This document shows, in pieces, positions 39,872 through 50,800 of a stretch of 64,000 nt of DNA. Within the stretch, counting starts at the first letter, position 1; each line of letters starts with the position of its first letter. The notes under the pieces are model-generated. The model ran no database searches, was not told where the DNA came from, and saw nothing but the letters and a program-made list of their open reading frames with translations. The stretch is from an uncultured delta proteobacterium (GTDB lineage: Bacteria > Desulfobacterota > RBG-13-43-22): contig CAWJJC010000005.1 in the NCBI GenBank assembly GCA_963843145.1, positions 96,001 to 160,000 of the forward strand. The letters are read 5' to 3'. Made by a program: the position numbers and the translations under genes.

Positions 39872-41759
39872 ATGAAACCAGCATCAAGAATAATTCTATC
39901 GGCTCTTCTGATTCTTATTGGCACCTATCCCCTGGGGGCTCGCAGTTCCTGGGCCTTCAATTTTCAAGTAGATAGCTTTGAAGATGCGGTGGAGGCCAAT
40001 CCCGGCGATACCTTCTGCCAAGCCCAGAACGGCAAATGCACTTTACGGGCTGCCATCCAGGAAGCCAATTCCTTCCCCATTCAACATAATATCGCCCTGC
40101 CCGCCGGAACCTACATCCTGTCCTTGGGAGAACTCCTGGTTAAAGAGAATATCACGATCAACGGTACGATAAACGAATCAGGGCAGGCCATCACCATAAT
40201 TGACGGAAACAATGCCTCCCGGATCTTCAAAGTCGCCGAGGGGACACCCTTGACCCTCAACAGCCTGAAGCTTCAAAACGGAGCCCATACCGCCGATGGG
40301 CCCAAATCCGGAGGTAGTGCGATCTTTAACCTAGGAACGGTGATGGCGCTTAATGTGACCCTGACGGCTAACCAGGGGAATAGACGCCGGTGGGAATGTA
40401 AGCTATGGCGGTGGAATTTTTAATGGCGGGTCTTTGACGTTAAATTATTGCACCTTGATTGGCAACCAGGCCGGTAATGGGGGCGGCCTTTATAATAACG
40501 GCACGGCAACGATTAAAAATCTAACTTTTAAAGATAATATTGCCGGTTCCGGATCCGGAATTGGAGGTGGCATCTATAATAGCGGCACCTTAACCCTTGA
40601 AAAATCTACCATCAATGGGTCCGCGGCCGGCACCGGTGGAGGACTTTATAATGACGGTATCATGGACCTGACCAATGATACTCTCAACGGAAACAGCGCA
40701 ACCGGTTCCGGAGGCGGCATCTATAATGGTTCGATAACAGCCGCAGGCGTTGTAGCGCAAGCCACTTTGACCAATGTGACCCTCAGTAATAATTCGGCCG
40801 CTAATGGGGGCGGGGGGGGCATCTTTAATAAGACCGACAATACCATTTATATCAAGAACACCATCATTGCTAACAGCACCGGAGGAAATTGTGCCGTGAG
40901 CCAAGCCTTAAACTCCTTTGGCTTTAATCTCGACGACGAATTGTATAGTGCCTGTGGGCTCCCACAAGCGAACGATCTATACCCTCACAACCCGGACCTG
41001 GGAGCATTACAGGACAATGGGGGACCAACCTTTACTCGGGAACTGGGCTACATCCTTGCGAAAAATGTCGGGACTGGCTGTCCGGCCACCGACCAGAGAG
41101 GGTACCCTCGCCTTCCGGCCGCCTGCGACATCGGCGCCTTTGAGGATACCACCGACAATCCCGTTCCGGCCATTACTACCCTGTTCCCCAATACGAAACC
41201 GGAAGGTGATCCGGATTTTACCCTGACGGTGAACGGCTATACTTATACTCCTTTCTTGAAAGGATTATCGACAGTCCTTTGGAATGGGAGCCCCAGAACA
41301 ACAACCTTTCAGCGCGCCTCCCAGCTTACAGCCGCCATAACCGCAGCCGACCTGCTCGTGGCCGGACCCGTCAAGGTCACGGTTGAAAATCCGGGGTCGG
41401 GAGGGGGGATATCGAACGAGGTGATCTTTACCGTTACCCGCACCAATCCCTTTCCGACGATTACCACCCTCAGCCCCGCTACGCGCCCGGCCGGCGGACC
41501 CGACTTCACCCTGATGGTGGACGGCAGTAATTTTGTGGATCAATCATCGGTGGTCCGCTGGAATGGGATCGCCAGGCCGACGACTTTCTTAAGCGACTCC
41601 CAGCTTACGGCCGACATCCCGGCGGCCGACCTGGCCGCAATGGGCACGGCCTCGGTCACGGTCTCCAATTCGCCTCCGGGCGGGGGGATCTCGGATCCGC
41701 CGGCCACCTTCACCATCGGCCCTCCCATTCTATACCTGCCCATAATAATGAGAAATTAG
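39872..41759 (+). CDS. Secreted CSLREA-domain / GG(A/G)I beta-helix / choice-of-anchor-Q / 2x IPT-TIG protein; frameshift at about 40378
   Basis: Signal peptide; KCTLRAAIQEAN; GGGIYN repeats; LQDNGGPT..DQRGYPR..CDIGAFE; two NPxPxITTL...WNG...QLTA domains; C-terminus ILYLPIIMRN. Confidence 0.82.
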
Positions 41760-41855
41760 GGCTGGCGAAATCTGTGGGTTCGTTTGGGATTTTGTGCGGC
41801 CCAATGGGGACGTTTTGATGGGAGTATTTGGCGGAAATTGATTGAGATGCAGGGT

Positions 41856-42024
41856 AGATTTGCGTGTACGAGTACGTGTACGAGTAAGGAACCCCATAAT
41901 GATCAAACGGTTTGATCATGAGCGTCTAAGCGGATGCTGTTGCCGGACAGCGAAGCCTAATAGAAGAATAGTGGAGCAGGAGTGGTGACACCCTGCTCGT
42001 ACACTCACTCGTACACGCCTATCT
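41856..42024. repeat. GTGTAC/GAGTAC hexamer-based palindromic element, copy 1
   Basis: GCGTGTACGAGTACGTGTACGAG ... CTCGTACACTCACTCGTACACGCCTATCT; homologous to 59045-59170. Confidence 0.75.
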
Positions 42025-42268
42025 CTCTTGGGGGTTTGGCAAAGGTCTCTGGCCTGCAGCGATTCAGCATCCACAAATTCTGCTGTCCTTAATCTCCCCC
42101 TCGGCTCCCCTTTCCATTGACCCCTCCCCCTAATTCCACTATAATCCCCCAATTGAAGTGCGCTCCGGCCTAAGCCTCTTTGACGGAATCGCCGACGATA
42201 GCGCATTTCGTCATTCGAAATTCAGTGTTCGATATTCGTTTTTGTTTTCATCCATAGGAAACCCCATT

Positions 42269-44890
42269 ATGACCACCCAGAGCCCATCCGACCCGCCCGT
42301 CCGCCACCCCGAGCAGAGCCCCAACTCGGACGCCCTGATCCAGGCACTTCAAGAAGGCTCCCGGCAAATTATGGCCCACGGCGATTTTAAGGAGACGGCC
42401 CAGGCCATTTATTCCATTCTGAAAAAATATTTGGGGTCCGTGGCTGGTTATGTGGCCCTTGTGTCTATGGATGAAAAAACCAACGAACTGCTATTTTTGG
42501 ATGCGGGAGGCTTACCCTGCCGGGTGGACCCAAATCTGCCTATGCCGGTACGGGGAATGCGCGCCGAGGCTTACCGCAGCGGTAAGGTCATTTACGACAA
42601 TAATTTTCCCGAGAGCCCCTGGGCCGACTTCCTGCCGAAGGATCATGCCCGGCTGGAGAGTGTTCTCTTCGCCCCCCTTAAAATCCAGGCAAAGGTGGTG
42701 GGGGTGATCGGCCTGGCCAATAAACCCGGCGGGTTCACCGATCAGGACGCCCAGGCCGCGGGTATTTTTGGAGAACTGGCCGCTATCGCCTTTGATAAGC
42801 TGCAAACCGCCGAGCGGCTCAAAATCAGCGAAGAGCACTTTCGGGCCGTGGTCCAGACGGCCACGGACGCGATCATTTCAAGCAACCCGGAAGGACGGAT
42901 CAGCTTCTGGAACAGTAAGGCTGAAGCGCTTTTCGGTTATTCCGCAGCGGAGATCCTGGGAAAACCGTCCGCCATCCTCATCCCCGAAAGCCACCGGGAA
43001 AGACATGAATCGGCTCTGGAGCGGGTTCGGAGCGACGGGATCTTGCGCCTGGCCGGAAAAACCATGGAGGTCATCGGGAAGCACCGCGACGGCCAGGAAT
43101 TCCCTATTGAAATCTCCCTTTCCTCCTGGCGGTCGAACGGGCAGGTCCATTTTACCGCCATCATTCGGGATATCAGCGAACGCCAGAAAGCGGAAACCGT
43201 GCGCCGGCGGATCGAGGAGGCTCAACAGTTTTTGCTGCAATGCGGATATCTGCATCCGGGCGAGAATTTTTTCGAATCATTGGCCCGCTACCTCGCGCAG
43301 AGCCTGGAAACGGATTATGTCCGCATCGATCGACTGGAGGGGGATGGACTGACCGCCCGGACGGTGGCCATCTACTTTGATGGAAAATTTGAGGAGAACA
43401 TCGAATACGCACTTAAGGATACCCCCTGCGGCGAGTCACTAGGGAAGACGATTTGTTGTTTTCCCAAGGAGGTCCGCTATTTGTTTCCAGGGGATGCGCT
43501 GCTTCAGGAGATGCGGGCCGAGAGTTATGTGGGAGCCACCCTCTGGAATTTCGAGGGGAAGCCGATCGGTCTGATCGCGATCATCGGGCGCAGCCCCCTG
43601 GTGAACCCCCCTCTGGCGGAATCCATACTGAAACTGGTGGCTATGCGCGCGGCCGGCGAGCTGGAACGCAAGGAGGCGGAAGAAGCCCTAAATCAGGCCC
43701 ATATCCGTCTGGAGGATAAAATCCTGAAGCGCACCGCCGCATTGACCCGGGCCAACGAACAGCTTAAGAATGAAATCAAGACCCGCGTTCAGATGCAAAA
43801 TGCCTTAGCGGAAAGCGAACAGAAGTTCCGGGCCATTTTCAACCAGACCTTTCAGGTCATCGCACTGCTCAAGCCGGATGGGACCGTCCTGGAAATCAAC
43901 CAGACGGCCCTGGACTACTTCCAAATCAATTATCAGGACTCCCTGGGGAAAGCCTTATGGGATCTCCGCGGGAACGATACCCCTGAAGCCAAACGGACAA
44001 TGGTCAAAGAAGCCATCACGCAAGCGGCCGGCGGGCAACTGGTGCGATTCGAGATCCAGATCCCTTTTGTCCGGGGAATTACCCGAACAATGGATTTTTC
44101 AATCAAGCCGGTTTTCAACCCGGGAGAACGAGCCCCCATATTGATCATTGAGGGCCGGGATTTAACCGAACGGAAAAAGACCGAAATGGCACTGGAAAAA
44201 TCGGAGAAGCAACAGCGTCTGCTTTCTTCCCAGATATTGCAGACCCAGGAAAACGAACGGAAAAGGATTGCCCATGAACTGCACGACGGAATAGGGCAAT
44301 TTTTAAGCGCCATCAAGTACCGGATCGAGCATCTGATCCTGACTCATTCGGTTGAAGAAAGAGTCCCACCCGACGAAACCTCCTCTCTGAAGAATATCAT
44401 CCCGATCATTCAGGGGGCCATCGAAGAAATACGCCGGATTTGTATGGACTTGCGGCCCAGCACCCTGGACGACCTCGGGATTCTGGCCACTATTTCCTGG
44501 TTCTGCCGGGAATTCCAGAACACTTACCCTAACATTATGATAAAACAACAAATTCAGGTGGAAGAAGGGCAAATCCCCCTCCTCTTGAAAACCGTAATCT
44601 TTCGCATCATTCAGGAGTCTTTGAACAACATCGCCAAACACAGTCAAGCCGGTAAAATCAACCTGAATTTAGCCCAGAAAGGCCATCATCTCCATTTGAA
44701 TATTCGAGATAACGGTTTGGGATTTACCCTAAAAAATGCTTTTCCTTTGGATGGCTCCACTCGGGGTATGGGTCTGACCAGCATGAAAGAGCGGGCTAAG
44801 TTCTCAGGGGGGGCGCTGACGATCCACTCCCAACCGGGAAAAGGCACCCGGATTCAGGCCTCCTGGCCGTTAGGGGAGGAAAGCGTTTAG
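42269..44890 (+). CDS. Cytoplasmic GAF-PAS-GAF-PAS sensor histidine kinase (HisKA_3, NarX/UhpB class)
   Basis: GLANKPGGF (GAF); WNSKAEALFGY..EFPIEIS (PAS); ERKRIAHELHDGIGQ; DLRPSTLDDLG; QESLNNIAKH; GMGLTSMKER. Confidence 0.92.
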   Translation: MTTQSPSDPPVRHPEQSPNSDALIQALQEGSRQIMAHGDFKETAQAIYSILKKYLGSVAGYVALVSMDEKTNELLFLDAGGLPCRVDPNLPMPVRGMRAEAYRSGKVIYDNNFPESPWADFLPKDHARLESVLFAPLKIQAKVVGVIGLANKPGGFTDQDAQAAGIFGELAAIAFDKLQTAERLKISEEHFRAVVQTATDAIISSNPEGRISFWNSKAEALFGYSAAEILGKPSAILIPESHRERHESALERVRSDGILRLAGKTMEVIGKHRDGQEFPIEISLSSWRSNGQVHFTAIIRDISERQKAETVRRRIEEAQQFLLQCGYLHPGENFFESLARYLAQSLETDYVRIDRLEGDGLTARTVAIYFDGKFEENIEYALKDTPCGESLGKTICCFPKEVRYLFPGDALLQEMRAESYVGATLWNFEGKPIGLIAIIGRSPLVNPPLAESILKLVAMRAAGELERKEAEEALNQAHIRLEDKILKRTAALTRANEQLKNEIKTRVQMQNALAESEQKFRAIFNQTFQVIALLKPDGTVLEINQTALDYFQINYQDSLGKALWDLRGNDTPEAKRTMVKEAITQAAGGQLVRFEIQIPFVRGITRTMDFSIKPVFNPGERAPILIIEGRDLTERKKTEMALEKSEKQQRLLSSQILQTQENERKRIAHELHDGIGQFLSAIKYRIEHLILTHSVEERVPPDETSSLKNIIPIIQGAIEEIRRICMDLRPSTLDDLGILATISWFCREFQNTYPNIMIKQQIQVEEGQIPLLLKTVIFRIIQESLNNIAKHSQAGKINLNLAQKGHHLHLNIRDNGLGFTLKNAFPLDGSTRGMGLTSMKERAKFSGGALTIHSQPGKGTRIQASWPLGEESV

Positions 44891-44931
44891 CGTTCAGATC
44901 TCCGTCTTTAATCCGGCATCAGGCATGGCCC

Positions 44932-45585
44932 TTACTTAACCACCAACCCCTTTTCTAAGGCGTAAGCGGTCACCTCCGAGACATTGTGGAAATTCAACTT
45001 TACCATTAGATTGGCCCGGTGTTTCTCAACGGTCTTGGGACTGATCACCAGCAGTTCGGCAATTTCCTTATTTCGAGCTCCCTCCGCTATGAGCTTCAAT
45101 ACTTCCCGTTCCCTTGAGGTCAGGTTATCCCAAATACCCGGGATCTTTTCCGTCTTTTTCCCCTCCAGATACCCTTCGATGACACTTCCCGAAATGCCCG
45201 GGCTCAAATACCGTTTCCCGCCCAAGACGATTTTCACCGCGGCCATCATCTCCTGCGCATTGGCATCTTTGAGGAGATACCCGTCGGCTCCGGCCCTCAA
45301 GGTGGTCAGGATATACTCTTCGGTTTTATGGACCGTCAGAGACATAACCTTCGTCTCAGGCCAGCGCCGCTTGATTTCCCGAATGGCCTCCATGCCGTCC
45401 ATACGCGGCATGGAAAGATCCATTATTACCAGGTCCGGGGCTAATTTTTCCACCTGGTTAATGGCTTCCCGGCCATCCCCGGCCTCCCCGGCAATTTCGA
45501 GTTCCGGATCGGTGGTCAGGAGGGCCTTCAACCCCTCGCGGAGGATGGTGTGGTCCTCGACAATGAGTATTCTCTTTATTTCCAT
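44932..45585 (-). CDS. NarL/LuxR-family response regulator
   Basis: VEDHTILREG, MDLSMP, GYLLK, LTSREREVLKL, SPKTVEKHRANLM. Confidence 0.95.
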   Translation of the reverse strand: MEIKRILIVEDHTILREGLKALLTTDPELEIAGEAGDGREAINQVEKLAPDLVIMDLSMPRMDGMEAIREIKRRWPETKVMSLTVHKTEEYILTTLRAGADGYLLKDANAQEMMAAVKIVLGGKRYLSPGISGSVIEGYLEGKKTEKIPGIWDNLTSREREVLKLIAEGARNKEIAELLVISPKTVEKHRANLMVKLNFHNVSEVTAYALEKGLVVK

Positions 45586-45612
45586 GAAAAATACACCGTT
45601 CTCCAGAAAAAT

Positions 45613-45632
45613 ATACTAGGTTTACCCTATTT
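45613..45632. promoter_or_regulatory. Repeated 20-bp motif, candidate response-regulator binding site
   Basis: ATACTAGGTTTACCCTATTT; 18/20 identical copy ATACTAGATTTACCCCATTT at 46519-46538. Confidence 0.45.
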
Positions 45633-45824
45633 ATCATATCCACCATCCCCTGTAAAGTGGATATAACTTAAGGTTTTCGAGGGCCAAGTCCTTTATCGTG
45701 GCGGGGACTCGCGATGTCTGACAATAAAAAGCCTAACTTGTTGACATTAATAGTTAATAATTAACAATCTATTTTTCATTATCAACTATTAATAAAGGCT
45801 TTGTGGTGACAAGTTCTATTTTCA

Positions 45825-46054
45825 CCCCCATGCCAGGGGCGGGCACCCCGAAGCATGAAAATTTATGTTTATTCAACTTATTAGATCGTCATTCCGGCGA
45901 ACGCCCTTCGGCTAGCTCAGGGCCATGAGCATTGTCGAATGGCCGGAATCCAGGGCAGTGAAGGTCCTGGGTCACCTGGATCCCGGATCGAGTCCGGGAT
46001 GACGGCAAAAACAAAACGCCTAAAAAATGGTGATCGATTCTATTTTCGTACTAA
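45825..46054 (+). repeat. Fixed-end modular element, copy D
   Basis: CCCCCATGCCAGGGGCGGGCACCCCGAAGCATGAAAAT ... ATTTTCGTACTAA; about 200 bp nearly identical to copy E. Confidence 0.8.
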
Positions 46055-46090
46055 GATTTAGGGCCGCCCACCCGGCCCTGAGGTATATTT

Positions 46091-46465
46091 ATGGTCACAG
46101 CCCTGCTGGTTGAAGATAACGAATTCTTTCGCAAATCCTTCAAAAAAATACTGAACGACCGGTTTCCCCTTTTAATAGTTATCGAGGCCGGCACCTGCCG
46201 GGAAGGCCTTCAAATGTGCCGAGAAAGCTTCCCGGAACTGATCTTCGCCGATATCAATCTTCCGGACGGCAACGGTTTGGAATTATCCCGAACCCTACGG
46301 TTACAATACCCCCAAACCACTATTTTGATTTTGACCAGCTACGACCTGCCGGAATACCGTCAAGCCGCCGTGGCCAACGGGGCCAATTATTTTTTCCCTA
46401 AGGATTCCAATCACGAAGTGATCCTTTCCATGGTGGAATCAGAAATTTGTAGAAATATAAATTAA
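46091..46465 (+). CDS. Single-domain receiver (REC) response regulator
   Basis: LLVEDN, ADINLPDGNGLEL, LTSYDLPEY, FFPK. Confidence 0.9.
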   Translation: MVTALLVEDNEFFRKSFKKILNDRFPLLIVIEAGTCREGLQMCRESFPELIFADINLPDGNGLELSRTLRLQYPQTTILILTSYDLPEYRQAAVANGANYFFPKDSNHEVILSMVESEICRNIN

Positions 46466-46601
46466 TTATAATATGCCTCCATTTGAGAGGCAAAAAATAC
46501 TAAGAGTCCCTATATAAAATACTAGATTTACCCCATTTTATAATTTGGTAATAACTATTATTAATGATGTTGAATTATTAACGATAAAAACCCGTACTAA
46601 A

Positions 46602-46831
46602 CCCCATTGGCCAAGGCGGAAACCCCGGGGCATGAAAATTTATGTTTATTCAATTTGTTAGGTCGTCATTCCGGCGAACGCCCTTCGGCTAGCTCAGGGC
46701 CATGAGCATTGTCGAATGGCCGGAATCCAGGGCAGTGAAGGTCCTGGGTCACCTGGATCCCGGATCGAGTCCGGGATGACGGCAAAAACAAAACGCCTAA
46801 AAAGCGGTAATCAATTCTATTTTCGTATTAA
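46602..46831 (+). repeat. Fixed-end modular element, copy E
   Basis: CCCCATTGGCCAAGGCGGAAACCCCGGGGCATGAAAAT ... ATTTTCGTATTAA. Confidence 0.8.
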
Positions 46832-46847
46832 CGAATAAGGAAAGCTG

Positions 46848-47541
46848 TTGATGCTGAAGGCAACGCTCAAATGGATAGTGTTCCTGGCCGTTGGACTTGT
46901 GGCTACTCTGGCGAGCGCTGACCAGGACCCGGTTCTCAAGACTCAGAAGGACTGGCAAAGCTACGCCATGGGGGTGGAGGCGGGGACAAACCTCAAACGC
47001 CTGGGCATCGATTTCGATTTAGACATCGTTATCAGGGGCATGAAGGATGCGTATACGGGCAATAAGCTCCTGTTGTCTGAAAAGAACATCAAAACATCCT
47101 TGCACCTCATTGCCTCCGAACTAATGCGAAAAAAAGACGCCGCCCGAATAGAGGCGGGACTGGATAACAAGAAAAAGGGGGAAGCATTTCTGGCCGAGAA
47201 TAAAGCCCAGGCCGACGTGGTGACGCTTCCCAGCGGCTTGCAGTACAAGATCCTCAAAGCCGGGGACGGCAAGAAGCCGACCGAGGCGGACACCGTTGAG
47301 TGCCGCTATCGAGGGACCCACATCGACGGGACCGTGTTTGAAACCTCCGGGGAGAAGCCAGGCTACCTTCACGGTCGCAAAAGTCATTCCCGGATGGAGG
47401 GAGGCCCTCAAACTCATGTCCGTGGGCGCCAAGTGGCGGCTCTTCATTCCCTCCCAGCTCGCCTACGGACAGCAGGGATCGGGCCGGATCGGCCCCTACG
47501 AGACGATCATCTTTGAAATTGAGCTGGTCGATATCAAATGA
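46848..47541 (+). CDS. FKBP-type peptidyl-prolyl isomerase (Mip/FkpA-like); frameshift at about 47355
   Basis: SYAMG, GEAFLAENK, TLPSGLQYK, YRGTHIDGTVF; second frame VIPGWREAL, FIPSQLAYG, IFEIELVDIK. Confidence 0.88.
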
Positions 47542-47697
47542 TCATAGGCGGAGCTCGCCGCTTCCGGGCCATTGGCCATTGCCAGCAAAGGGGGTGATGA
47601 GACACAGAGAGGCTGAAGCCCGGTCGAAGAGTGCCTTCAACGAAGGCACTGAGCACCGGAAAATGTTTCACAAAAATAGTGGTAATTATCACAAATC

Positions 47698-47782
47698 GTC
47701 AATCCCGCAGGGCTTTTGAGCGGGAATCCAGGCTCTTCTCAGTTATAACTGGATCCCCGACAAAAACATTCGGGGATGACGA
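47698..47782. repeat. REP-like hairpin doublet
   Basis: TCCCGC..GCGGGAATCCAG ... CTGGATCCCCGA..TCGGGGATGACG; reverse-complement homologue of about 60139-60222. Confidence 0.7.
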
Positions 47783-47861
47783 AAAGTTACCAGTAAAACG
47801 ATCAATAAAGATAAGAGCCCGCGAATATTGTCCCACCCAACTGAAACAAAAGGAGAGAGAG

Positions 47862-50800
47862 ATGAGTAGAGGCAAATTTCTAATTTTCGTGGTTTTAATA
47901 GTGGCGCTGCTTGGCCTTTCCTGGGGAATTGACCCGGCCGGCGCCCAAACGGTAGTCCCAACGGGTGCAGCCGGATTCAACCCGTATGTGAATTACCAGG
48001 TGCCCAATTTCGCCTACAGCCCGAACATCAGGAAGTTCGTGGATGCGCTGCCCGGTCTGGGGGCTTCGGGATGCACCCGAAGTACCCCATTCGGCACAGG
48101 GACGTGTAATGAAAACGATCTCGGCCAGTACATCCCCGTCGCCGTACCGGGCACCACCACCTTCCGGTGAGGATTATTACGAAATCACCGCGGGAGAATA
48201 CAATATGAAAATGCACTCGGACCTGCCGATAACCCACAAGCTGAGGGGCTACGCGCAGACCAATGCCGGCGGCTCCCGCCAGTGTGCAAAACGTCAACCA
48301 GTACCTGGGGCCGGCGATCATCGCCAGGACCTTCAACCCGGCCCTCCCGAAAAATGACACTGCGACACGGAAACGGCAGGCCGGTGCGCGTCTTGTTTAA
48401 GAACAATTTACCGATTAACAGTACACTGACGGATACCGCCGGCAACCTCGCGCTGCCGGTGGACCTCACCCAGATGGGCGCTGGAAAAGGACCCGACGGG
48501 GTTCATAACTTCACTCAAAACCGGGTCACCATTCCCCACCTCCACGGCGGCGCTACCCCCTGGATCAGCGACGGGACGCCCCAACAGTGGCTCACCCCCG
48601 CGGGGGACCCCGCCGCTCTCGCCCTCGGTGCTGCCTACCAGAAAGGCGCGAGTTTTGCGCATGTGCCTGATATGGTCCTCAACACCGCGGCGGCTTATCC
48701 TCCTTACGCTGCCGGCCACGGCGCATCAGTTCCGGGAACCTGCACTGTCGGACCCTGCATCACTCCCACCCTGGGAGACGGAATTGGGACCCTCTACTGG
48801 TCAAACGAGCAGAGCTCCCGGCTCATGTTTTACCACGATCACGCCTGGGGCATTACCCGCCTCAACGTTTATGCGGGCATGGCCGCGCCTTTTATCCTGG
48901 TCGATCAGGCCGAGGATGACATGATCGACGGTACCAACAATCCGGCGCCTTTACGAATCCCAAGCCGGTCCTTCCCAATCTGGGAGGGATCTACAAATAT
49001 GGCATTCCGCTGGTCATCCAGGACAAGACGTTCGTCAACGATTCCACCACCCCCCCGGGTGCGGGATTTACCGGGACGCCAACCTTTCCTACCTTGGCCG
49101 TTGATCCTCTCTGGTATGATTCGGTCCATACTTGGCAAGGGGCTGCTCCTCCGGTGGGTGGCGACCTCTGGTGGCCCCACGAGTATATACCGAACGAGAA
49201 TATCTATGATCCCTCCGGGGCCAACCCCCTGGGCCGGTCGGACTATGGCCCCTGGTTGAACCCGGCGGTCATACCGTTAAATCCGACGCTGCCCAGCCCC
49301 TCCGTCGTCCCTGAGGAATGGGGGGATACGATGGTCGTCAACGGCACCGCCTTCCCGTACCTTAATGTGCCTGCCGGCGCTGTTCGCTTCCGGATCCTGA
49401 ATGCCGCCGACGATCGCAGCCTCAACCTGTCCTGGTTTGTGGCCGACCCGGCCCTCCCCACAGAGGTCAAGATGGTCCCGGCCAACCCGAACCCGGCCTT
49501 CCCGACCTGGCCGGCGGACGGCCGCAACGGCGGGGTGCCGGACCCGACGACCCAGGGTCCGTCCTGGTATCAGATCGGGAACGAAGGCGGCATTATGCCG
49601 CAGGTCGCGGTGCTTCCGCCGCAGCCCGTCAATATCGAGTACAGTCGCCTCGTCCCGACCCTTTTAAACGTTACCAACCAGTCTCTTTTACTCATGGGGG
49701 CCATGCGGGCCGACGTGGTCGTCGACTTCTCCCCCTTCGCCGGCAAGACCCTCATTCTTTACAACGACGCGCCGGCGCCCATGCCGCTGTTCGACGAGCG
49801 CAACGACCAATATACGAACGATCCGGATTTCACCTCTACCGGCGGCGCACCCACGACCGTGGCCGGCTTCGGGCCCAACACCCGGACGGTCATGCAGGTT
49901 CGGGTAGCCGCTTCCCCGGTAACGCCTTTCAACCTGGCGGCGTTGCAAGCGGCCCTGCCGCAGGCCTACGCCAAAACGCAGGCCCCGCCCATCATCCCCC
50001 AAAGCGCCTATAACGCGGCCTTTAACCCGGACCCGCTGACCCAGGCACAATACCCCGACACCTATGTCAACAACACCGATGAGAGCGTAAACCTCACCGG
50101 GTTCGGCCAGGGGGTTGAATCGCTCGTCACCATGATCGGGGGCTCCGGTTACACCTCGGCCCCGACCATCACCTTTGTCAACGCCAGCCCCGGCGGCTCG
50201 GGCGCAGCGGGCACGGCCTACCTGAATGGCGTTACCGCCATCACGGTGACCACCGACGGCATCGGGTATAACAACATTCCCACGGTTACAATAGACCCGC
50301 CTACCGGCACACAAGCCACGGCAACGGCAACAGTTGTCGGCGGGGGGCTGTTACCGCCATCACTGTGATCAACGGTAGGCTTTGGGTATATCGCGGGAAG
50401 TCCTGCCGTAACGATTACCGCACCGGTGGGCACCGGTGCAACAGCCACGGCAACAGCTCTTGCTGAACGGGCGTTGTAACCGGTTTCACGGTGACTAACT
50501 GGAGGCAGCGGTTATACAATAGCGCCCTCCACGATCGGTTACGATAGGCCCTCCGACCCCTGCAATCGCCACAGCCGTGGCCACCGTAACCGGCGGAGGC
50601 GTTCCGGCCATAACGGTTGTAGACCCAGGCTTCGGCTACACGGTAAATCCTAATGTAACCATCACTCCCACCGGTGGTGACACCACTGCTACGACCGCCG
50701 CAGCCATCCTCGGGAATCACCCTCGGCGCCGTTGCTCACCTACAACTAACGAATCCAGGATCGGGCTACACCAAGGCTCCCTATGTCTACTTCTCTGGAG

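Noticed and set aside
33982-46831. Fixed-end elements as integron attC sites
   Set aside because: No consistent RYYYAAC...GTTRRRY boundaries, no integrase in the window, and flanking genes include ordinary chromosomal genes.
48168-48170. In-frame TGA in the multicopper oxidase as selenocysteine or readthrough
   Set aside because: The conserved continuation (EDYYEI) is in another frame, so this is a frameshift rather than recoding.
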